A stretch of 64,000 nt of DNA from sequence record PP236086.1; one strand, 5' to 3'. Source of the stretch: Enterobacter phage ZX14. Made by a program: the position numbers and the translations under genes. Below the pieces are notes generated by a model. It saw only the letters and a list, made by a program, of their open reading frames with translations, made no database searches and had not been told where the DNA came from. Positions 56,648-64,000 of the stretch are shown piece by piece; position 1 is the stretch's first letter; every line of letters starts with the position of its first letter.

Positions 56648-56806
56648 TAACCCATTTTTAAGGGCTTGTAAATACCTATCTATAATTCTTTTTGACATTC
56701 TGTACCCAAACAACCAATCCTCACGTTCTTTACCGCTTTTGTATGGACAATCTGATTCTTTAAGGCCCATTGCCACTGCTTCGCTACCTTGTATTCTGTA
56801 ATCCAT
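56648..56806 (-). CDS. ribosome modulation factor (Rmf)-like small protein, 52 aa
   Basis: Not in ORF track (<60 aa). MDYRIQGSEAVAMGLKESDCPYKSGKEREDWLFGYRMSKRIIDRYLQALKNGL; aligns without gaps to E. coli Rmf core G-x2-A-x3-G-x5-CPY-x5-R-x2-WL-x-G-(W/Y)-R; GAGG SD 5 nt upstream. Confidence 0.55.
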
Positions 56807-56864
56807 TCTGTCCTCTCTTTGATTGAGTGGACATTTTAACTTAAGCTAAATTAGATGTACATAA

Positions 56865-56890
56865 CAAAAATGGGAACCACTAGGGTTCCC
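56865..56890 (-). terminator. terminator GGGAACC-CUAGU-GGUUCCC + U5 on minus strand
   Basis: perfect 7-bp stem followed by T run, downstream of the 56897-57076 gene. Confidence 0.65.
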
Positions 56891-56896
56891 ATCAAA

Positions 56897-57076
56897 TTAT
56901 ACTGCTTTCGGCTTACCAAAACGAGAAGCATCATCGCGAAGAACAGCACGTGCACGTCGCATAATCTTCTCAACTGTCTGATTGATACGAGAGTTCGACC
57001 CACGCTTGTAACCAGCGCGTTTAGAATCACCAACAACTTTTTCTACTGCTTTCTTTGCTTTTGCTTGTTTAGCCAT
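56897..57076 (-). CDS. small Lys/Arg-rich basic protein (59 aa from MAKQAKAKK)
   Basis: ORF 56897-57130 with likely start at 57076; highly basic, followed by strong terminator. Confidence 0.45.
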   Translation of the reverse strand: MAKQAKAKKAVEKVVGDSKRAGYKRGSNSRINQTVEKIMRRARAVLRDDASRFGKPKAV

Positions 57077-57130
57077 TATTAAGTCTTCCATTTTGGAGAA
57101 ATACATGAGAGTCGTAAAGACCTCTCGCAA

Positions 57131-57392
57131 GCCCTCTAGGGGTACGTTTAAACTCTTATCTGTTGCACACCGTTAGCTTAAAGGGTCCGGGTCCGATTTC
57201 TCGAGGATAAGATATACACCGATGGATGTATAGGCCTTGAGGCGTACTCCCAATTGGCCATCGCCTCGGGGTAGCATGCACTTGCCGCTTAACTTGCCTT
57301 ACGGCAACATTGTTTCAAGTTCGCACTTTAGTAGCGTATCACTGGAGGTTTTGACTTATTTAACGTCGGGATGACCTACAACCATGACATAA
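57131..57392 (-). other. ORF-free, GC-enriched, hairpin-dense region (candidate structured ncRNA or leader)
   Basis: no ORF >=60 aa on either strand; several perfect 6-bp stems (TTGCCG..CGGCAA, GAGGCG..CGCCTC, TATACA..TGTATA, CCCT..AGGG). Confidence 0.25.
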
Positions 57393-57638
57393 TTACTTCA
57401 GAGTAACTACGTAATGACGAACTGCTTTACGAGCCGCACTGCATAGCGGATATGCATATTTCAGTACGTCTTGAGCTGCAAGAGTATCACGCAGATTTGC
57501 TTGTACTGGGTTCAGATGTTTGAAACCAGACAGAACGGAAAGGATTTCTGCGCTTACATCGATTGAAGCACCAGAGTTGTCATGACCTGCGTTATATGCT
57601 TTGCGCTGAAGTTCCAGAGCGGTTTGAATAATAGACAT
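57393..57638 (-). CDS. rIII: rIII-like lysis-inhibition accessory protein
   Basis: 81 aa (T4 rIII 82 aa) directly downstream of gene 31 as in T4; SD GAGGAAAT sits in a small hairpin. Confidence 0.5.
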   Translation of the reverse strand: MSIIQTALELQRKAYNAGHDNSGASIDVSAEILSVLSGFKHLNPVQANLRDTLAAQDVLKYAYPLCSAARKAVRHYVVTLK

Positions 57639-57784
57639 TTTATTTCCTCAAAATGAGGTTAAAGATTGGTATGGATAACGAGGGAGTAAAACCGAACATT
57701 GTATTCCGCAGAATAGCAACCAGTTATCCATACCGTATAGAAGAGCCACAAGACCCATTTGGCTTGTCGCATCTCTTCATAATT

Positions 57785-58108
57785 TTATTTATACAGGCAA
57801 GGAATTGCTTTGTAGTGGCACGTTACAAACTTCTGTTTAATTTCTTTAGCCTGTTTGAGACCAAGAGCAACAAGAGGATGTGGTACATTAGCAATTTTAC
57901 CTACAGGAAGAGGAGTTAAATCACCTACTTCACAAAAACCTGCTGGAACGTCAGGACCAACAGAATAAACGGTACACAGCTCAGGGATTTCACCTTGAGA
58001 CCGTTTACCAATAATCAAACCAGATTCAGTGATTTCTTCATCACCAGCTTGTTTTGGTTCAGAAACCAAGATAACATATTCGCCAACGGCACGAATTGGA
58101 AGTTCCAT
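57785..58108 (-). CDS. 31: gp31 co-chaperonin (GroES analogue)
   Basis: [34 protein letters not shown]...[15 protein letters not shown] nearly identical to T4 gp31; start at internal ATG. Confidence 0.9.
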   Translation of the reverse strand: MELPIRAVGEYVILVSEPKQAGDEEITESGLIIGKRSQGEIPELCTVYSVGPDVPAGFCEVGDLTPLPVGKIANVPHPLVALGLKQAKEIKQKFVTCHYKAIPCLYK

Positions 58109-58167
58109 TTTATTACCATTTTGTTGTAGTGGATGTAATAATATTATCACACCCACTTTAAAGCAAA

Positions 58168-58539
58168 TTACTTACCTACAAACTGCAGCAGGTGCTCAAC
58201 TTTCATACCATTAACTGAGATCAGTTTATCGATAGAAAAGCCGCGCCACTGTTTAATATCAGTATCAAAGGCGGGAACCATATCGGTAGCTTCTTTACGA
58301 GGCTTACTAGGATTTACATAGCTTTCATAAATCTCTTCACCTACCAGATCAGAAATAACTTGTTTGTCACGAGAAGCTTTCATAGTACGAATAGTACCAT
58401 CAGCCTTTTCAAAGACAATATCAGAAGTACCCATAGCCAATTTGGTTTTCAGTACTTCACGCAATGCGATTTTTTGTTCAATGGTCAGTTTCATTTTCAT
58501 TAGCCTTAGCAATATATTGGAATCGGAATTTGTATCCAC
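58168..58539 (-). CDS. hypothetical protein
   Basis: 123 aa ORF between cd and 31. Confidence 0.4.
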   Translation of the reverse strand: MDTNSDSNILLRLMKMKLTIEQKIALREVLKTKLAMGTSDIVFEKADGTIRTMKASRDKQVISDLVGEEIYESYVNPSKPRKEATDMVPAFDTDIKQWRGFSIDKLISVNGMKVEHLLQFVGK

Positions 58540-58798
58540 TCGGTTCTTTAATTACTTTATGAATAAAGACCACATATGGTTTATATTCCATGATAGACGA
58601 AATCGCATAATCTAAATCAGAGGCCATTTTAGATACGACTTCAAGAATAAGTTTACGATTACCATTAGCTTGTTCAAGATTGATAACAGGGCTAGGAACT
58701 TGGACCACAACAATTTCCAAGTCTTCTAATCGTTGTACTACATACCCAGTTATATCTTCAGGAGTGTCAACAATTTGGAGCTTATTTAGATTAAGCAT
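58478..58798 (-). CDS. hypothetical protein
   Basis: 106 aa ORF, ATGA-coupled to cd. Confidence 0.4.
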   Translation of the reverse strand: MLNLNKLQIVDTPEDITGYVVQRLEDLEIVVVQVPSPVINLEQANGNRKLILEVVSKMASDLDYAISSIMEYKPYVVFIHKVIKEPSGYKFRFQYIAKANENETDH

Positions 58799-59346
58799 TA
58801 TTCACCACAAAAATTACGAATGTTTTCCCAGTTCAGAGAACGGAGATTATTACGCTGATACTCGACCACTTCAATTCCTGCTTCAAGCAGAATATCAGCC
58901 CAGTTGTCAGGTGAACGGTCATAACGCTCTGCGTAAACGACTTTCTTAATACCCGACTGAGAAATAGCTTTAGTACAATCTGGGCAAGGAGACGCAGTAC
59001 AGTACAACGTAGCACCTTCAATACTTGACCCTTTACGTGCTGCAAACAGAATAGCATTCAGTTCAGCATGAATTTCATTTTTAGCAGACCATTCACTATG
59101 AGCCGGACGATGCTCTTTGGCCAGAACAACTTTACCGCCAGGCGCCCAACCGTGATTTTCCACGTATTTGGTCCAGCCCTGCTCTTCGGCATGGTCACAA
59201 CAGTTCACACCACCTGCCGGAGAACCATTGTAGCCAGTAGAAATGATGCGGCCATCTTTTTCAATAACTGCACCGACTTTCCATGAACAACATTTTGACT
59301 CTTGAGAAATCAGATATGCAATCTGAAGATATGTAGCCGCTTTCAT
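58798..59346 (-). CDS. cd: dCMP deaminase
   Basis: 182 aa; zinc-binding HAE...PCxxC motifs (CDHAEEQGW, HAELNAI, PCPDC). Confidence 0.9.
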   Translation of the reverse strand: MKAATYLQIAYLISQESKCCSWKVGAVIEKDGRIISTGYNGSPAGGVNCCDHAEEQGWTKYVENHGWAPGGKVVLAKEHRPAHSEWSAKNEIHAELNAILFAARKGSSIEGATLYCTASPCPDCTKAISQSGIKKVVYAERYDRSPDNWADILLEAGIEVVEYQRNNLRSLNWENIRNFCGE

Positions 59347-59348
59347 TA

Positions 59349-59600
59349 TTACCTCATATACACTGAAGTTGATTCAACACGCCCGTCCATATGACGAACA
59401 ATACTATAATACTCTTCAGAGTATGACAGCGAATCTTTTTGTCCTTTTTCGATAGTAATCAGATAAGAAAAAGGCCCTTCTTGCTGAACACGGACCTTTA
59501 CGTCTTCGCGACGCACAGAGATTTTATTAATCAGCTGCTGGGCGAATTGAGGAATAGCATTAGCAAATTCCTCAACAGAAAATTGCTTATCTGAAATCAT
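59349..59600 (-). CDS. hypothetical protein
   Basis: 83 aa ORF. Confidence 0.4.
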   Translation of the reverse strand: MISDKQFSVEEFANAIPQFAQQLINKISVRREDVKVRVQQEGPFSYLITIEKGQKDSLSYSEEYYSIVRHMDGRVESTSVYMR

Positions 59601-59905
59601 GCTACAGCCACCTGTACTGAATTAGAGTTATAATCAACTGTAACAAAAACATACAGTGGTTCAATATCGCCACAATCAATTTCTACTTCACATGTGGAAA
59701 CAAAAGAAGTATGATTGATAGATACTTTCTGTACATCAGGGGCCAGAATAGCTAAGGCTCCAGTTACTTCAGCATGAATTTTAAGTTCAGTCGGATTATC
59801 AAGTTTATCCAAATGATGATTTGCAATAACTTGGCGGAATACTGTGCTTACTAATTCAGAATATTTAGGGAACATTTTGTTTTCCTCAATGGACTGTGTG
59901 TACAA
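59597..59905 (-). CDS. hypothetical protein
   Basis: 102 aa ORF. Confidence 0.4.
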   Translation of the reverse strand: MYTQSIEENKMFPKYSELVSTVFRQVIANHHLDKLDNPTELKIHAEVTGALAILAPDVQKVSINHTSFVSTCEVEIDCGDIEPLYVFVTVDYNSNSVQVAVA

Positions 59906-60101
59906 CTACGCGAATAACAAATGCTACTACAGGGTCATTGATAGGTGGAAATTCAACGTAATATTCTCCTGCATAGCGAGTGTTTAAATCTTTACGGATT
60001 TCTGCAATAGCATTAATCAGTTCAGGATTAAATGGCATACCTTGAAGCTTACGGAGCATTTTGTAGGCTTCTTGTTCAACTTCATAATGTTTATCATACA
60101 T
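59886..60101 (-). CDS. hypothetical small protein
   Basis: start moved to MYDKHY with GAGGAAAA SD; upstream part of the longer ORF is the promoter hairpin. Confidence 0.35.
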   Translation of the reverse strand: MYDKHYEVEQEAYKMLRKLQGMPFNPELINAIAEIRKDLNTRYAGEYYVEFPPINDPVVAFVIRVVVHTVH

Positions 60102-60121
60102 ATCATTTTCCTCATGTGACC

Positions 60122-60159
60122 GGAAGTACATCATATCACATACTTCCAGCTTTGTAAAC
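60122..60159 (-). promoter_or_regulatory. putative early promoter GTTTAC-N17-TATGAT with -10 inside a 7-bp inverted repeat (GGAAGTA...TACTTCC)
   Basis: sequence read directly on minus strand. Confidence 0.4.
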
Positions 60160-60161
60160 AA

Positions 60162-61546
<1,385 letters not shown>

Positions 61547-61592
61547 AATATTTTCCTCAGTTGAGATATCCGTGGAGGGCCGAAGCCCTCAA

Positions 61593-61682
61593 TTACATTG
61601 TAATAACAATACCTAAAGATACAGCACAAGCAACTCCGGCTACAAAAAGGCCGATACAGAACAGTTTAGCATCTAATGTCAT
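61593..61682 (-). CDS. 29-aa single-TM hydrophobic peptide translationally coupled to o-spanin stop (ATGA overlap)
   Basis: MTLDAKLFCIGLFVAGVACAVSLGIVITM; below ORF-track cutoff. Confidence 0.3.
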   Translation of the reverse strand: MTLDAKLFCIGLFVAGVACAVSLGIVITM

Positions 61683-61975
61683 TTTACGCATTTTGTTTCC
61701 TTCAGTTCAGTTCGATAATAACATATCATATCATTTGAGTCATGTACATACCGGCTGATGTCATCCATCCAAGACCGATATTTCTGAGAGTCTTCAAAAC
61801 TCATACCAACCCAGGCCTTACCATCAATAACTTTTACTTCCCATTTGCTATCATAAGCTTTAATAGGGTCAGGCCATGATGGATGCAATTTTTCAACCTT
61901 GGTGGGCTCAGGGAGCTTCTGGGCGCACCCTACTGCCAGGAGAGATAAACATACAGCCGCGACTTTTAAATTCAT
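61679..61975 (-). CDS. o-spanin (outer-membrane lipoprotein, pseT.2 position)
   Basis: 98 aa; signal peptide MNLKVAAVCLSLLAVGC with lipobox-like LAVGC; overlaps i-spanin end. Confidence 0.65.
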   Translation of the reverse strand: MNLKVAAVCLSLLAVGCAQKLPEPTKVEKLHPSWPDPIKAYDSKWEVKVIDGKAWVGMSFEDSQKYRSWMDDISRYVHDSNDMICYYRTELKETKCVK

Positions 61976-62322
61976 TTCGTCGCCTCCTGGAGACCCTGAG
62001 CAAACTTATTGAAGCTTGCGTTAATCTGATTTTCAACTAACCCAGGCTTCTTGGCCACGACATCAGCGCGCTTTGAATCTTTATCAAGCTTTTGGTTGGA
62101 TTTAACCTGGTCTTGACGACGTTCGCTACGATTCTTATCAATGTTCTGAAGACCTTTAAAGTCTTGTTGCAGAGTTTTAATCTGCTCTGCCTGGGTGTTA
62201 GCCGTTTGTGTTACCGTATTAAGGTCTGCTTGAAGCGACTCAATACGTAAGTTCTGAACAAATAGGCCAGCTCCGGCTAATGCCGCAATAATGACCATTG
62301 TTCCCCAGATATTTACTTGCAT
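61972..62322 (-). CDS. i-spanin (pseT.3 position)
   Basis: 116 aa; N-terminal TM helix then charged coiled-coil; immediately upstream of lipoprotein gene. Confidence 0.65.
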   Translation of the reverse strand: MQVNIWGTMVIIAALAGAGLFVQNLRIESLQADLNTVTQTANTQAEQIKTLQQDFKGLQNIDKNRSERRQDQVKSNQKLDKDSKRADVVAKKPGLVENQINASFNKFAQGLQEATK

Positions 62323-62810
62323 AACTTTTTGATAACCTCTACGATATCGTCACGTGACAGACCATTAACCAGAACATGCTTAGCAGATTCGGATTGGACT
62401 TTATGGCTGTTATCAATCAGAGCAGCAACTTCATCGGAAGTCAGAGTGCTGTGAGCGATACCGAGACGATTAAATTTGTCAGTCAGTGGATCACAAATAA
62501 TGTAAAACTTATGCCCATTGACATGAACGTTTGGTTGGCTGATGTTAATAAAAACTTCAGCATCAGGCAGGTTGTTGGACAAGAACTCGACCATAGTATC
62601 AACCGCCTGTGGCATTGCTTCACGACGCTCTTCAGTTTGCTTAGTACTATAAACCTTCTGTTTAACCTTTTGAGCAACCTTACGACCGAGTGTCAAGCGA
62701 AGGTCAGACAAGAAACCAACTTTCTTGGTGCCTTTATAGACATAAATCCCGTCATGACGGTCACCGAATTCTGCTACGATTGCTTCATTAGTAATAGCTT
62801 GCAAGTTCAT
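62313..62810 (-). CDS. alc: Alc-like protein (host transcription termination on dC-DNA)
   Basis: 165 aa (T4 Alc 167) at the conserved position between rnlA and the spanins. Confidence 0.55.
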   Translation of the reverse strand: MNLQAITNEAIVAEFGDRHDGIYVYKGTKKVGFLSDLRLTLGRKVAQKVKQKVYSTKQTEERREAMPQAVDTMVEFLSNNLPDAEVFINISQPNVHVNGHKFYIICDPLTDKFNRLGIAHSTLTSDEVAALIDNSHKVQSESAKHVLVNGLSRDDIVEVIKKLCK

Positions 62811-62869
62811 CGTGTATCTCCATTTTGTTAGTGTAGGACCATCTTAACACAACAAAATGGGATTGTAAA

Positions 62870-64000
62870 CTACTCACCGAAAATAATTTCTTCTTTACTA
62901 TATTCTGCAGGCACGTGCTTCTTACAGTTCTTCATGAAGACCTTACCAAGCTGCTCAGGAAGGGCATCGAAGTCAAGACCTTTCTGGAAAGCATTCATCA
63001 AGATGCTGAACAGGCCAGGCTGCTCTTTAAGTGCAACTTGTGCTTTCAACGCAAAGTCTTTACGGTCTAATCCAACCAACTGGTTGTTCAAGTCTACAAG
63101 AGTAGAAAGAGACTGGCTCAGCCATGACAGATAAACTTTTTCAAATGCTTCAACTTTATTGAATGCATACGCATCGCCTGCGAACATAGATTTCAGGTCA
63201 TCAGAAGCGTTAGCTACGATAGAACCGAACAGACGTTCGTTGTTGTTGATGGAATCTTTAGTATGATGCAGCGCACAGTACCATTCGGTCTTAAGCTTGA
63301 ACTTTAGACCATCTTCCATTTCAAAGATGAAACCTTCGATGCCTTCCATCTTACGAATTTCATTTACGAAATCAGGATTGCTGGTATCGATATCAAAGCC
63401 ACGAACCAAGTATTGACGAAGAATACCATCTTTGAACAGTTCTTTGTATGGCACATATTCGCCAGTATCATTATGACGAATGTTCAGAAGAACTAAAGCC
63501 TTTTCTTGATAATCAAGAACAATTCGGTTATCAGGTGCAACGTATTCTAAGTTAGCAGTGTAACCATCTTTAGCCAGCTCTAAAAGACGCTCACGGAAAG
63601 CATCATTCTCTGAACGATAAATCCACTGCAGTGCAGCATCAGATTGGTCAGAGTAAATAGAGCCTTTAGATTTGACACGCAGGCGCCCAGCATCAACAAA
63701 TGTAGAAATCAGAGACCCGTCTTCTTTAGCCGTTACTAAAGAAACCTTACTAAAATCCAGGTTCATAGTAAATGGAGTTTCGTTCAGGTTAAAGAACTTT
63801 TCCATAGGACGAGAAGCAATACGAACAGGGCCGTTCTCATCAATTTCAAACATAATGCCACGACATTCTAATGCATCATCAAGGCACCAATCAGTGTAAG
63901 AAGCAAAGTTATAACTAAAAATTCTAAATTTGGTACCGAAAGGAGAAGTGAAGTCTTTATAGAAGAACTTCATTTTATCACAAGTCTGGCACAATTCCAT
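62870..64000 (-). CDS. rnlA: RNA ligase 1, N-terminus probably a few codons beyond window end
   Basis: strong similarity to T4 Rnl1 (RIFSYNFASYTDWCLDDALECRGIMFEIDENGPVRIASRPMEKFFNLNE); T4 protein has ~8 more N-terminal residues. Confidence 0.9.
   Translation of the reverse strand: MELCQTCDKMKFFYKDFTSPFGTKFRIFSYNFASYTDWCLDDALECRGIMFEIDENGPVRIASRPMEKFFNLNETPFTMNLDFSKVSLVTAKEDGSLISTFVDAGRLRVKSKGSIYSDQSDAALQWIYRSENDAFRERLLELAKDGYTANLEYVAPDNRIVLDYQEKALVLLNIRHNDTGEYVPYKELFKDGILRQYLVRGFDIDTSNPDFVNEIRKMEGIEGFIFEMEDGLKFKLKTEWYCALHHTKDSINNNERLFGSIVANASDDLKSMFAGDAYAFNKVEAFEKVYLSWLSQSLSTLVDLNNQLVGLDRKDFALKAQVALKEQPGLFSILMNAFQKGLDFDALPEQLGKVFMKNCKKHVPAEYSKEEIIFGE

Noticed and set aside
57131-57392. Possibility that the ORF-free region is a group I intron
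   Set aside because: No split host gene flanks it (rIII and the basic ORF are complete), and no recognisable P/Q/R/S-like core could be identified by eye; kept as an ncRNA candidate only.
61561-61758. 65-aa plus-strand ORF
   Set aside because: Overlaps o-spanin and the small TM peptide on the opposite strand; no SD; likely spurious.

Overview
This window is a contiguous segment of a T4-like (Tevenvirinae-type) myophage genome, collinear with phage T4 from gene 57B to rnlA. All calls rest on synteny and on direct similarity of the translated ORFs to T4 proteins recalled from memory; nothing was searched against a database.

Layout:
- 1-3.4 kb (minus strand): 57B, 57A, dNMP kinase gp1, gp3, gp2, gp4.
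- 3.4-34.6 kb (plus strand): the late structural block. Baseplate and tail genes 53, 5, 5.1, 5.4, 6-12, wac, 13-15, terminases 16/17, sheath 18, tube 19, portal 20, prohead core 67/68, protease 21, scaffold 22, major capsid gp23, then two tandem gp24 vertex-protein paralogs.
- 34.7-38.9 kb (minus strand): rnlB, three small ORFs, an enlarged Hoc, and an Inh-position gene.
- 38.9-48.7 kb: uvsW, uvsW.1, a small zinc-ribbon ORF (uvsY.-2-like), uvsY, gp25, gp26, gp51, gp27, gp28, gp29, gp48, gp54.
- 48.8-64 kb (minus strand): an early/middle region with alt, DNA ligase gp30, the 30.x small-ORF cluster, gp31, an rIII-like gene, dCMP deaminase, pseT, i- and o-spanins, Alc and rnlA.

Putative late promoters (exact TATAAATA), UUCG-tetraloop terminator hairpins and putative early promoters (GTTTAC -35 with TATGAT-like -10 followed by a conserved CTCAATCA motif) are marked.

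No tRNA, rRNA, CRISPR array, transposon or homing endonuclease (segD/segE) was found.

Most notable observations:
- A 52-aa ORF at 56648-56806 with the spacing and key residues of bacterial ribosome modulation factor (Rmf).
- A neighbouring small basic protein.
- A ~260-nt ORF-free, GC-rich hairpin-dense region at 57131-57392.
- The duplicated gp24 carrying near-identical nucleotide tracts that suggest gene conversion.
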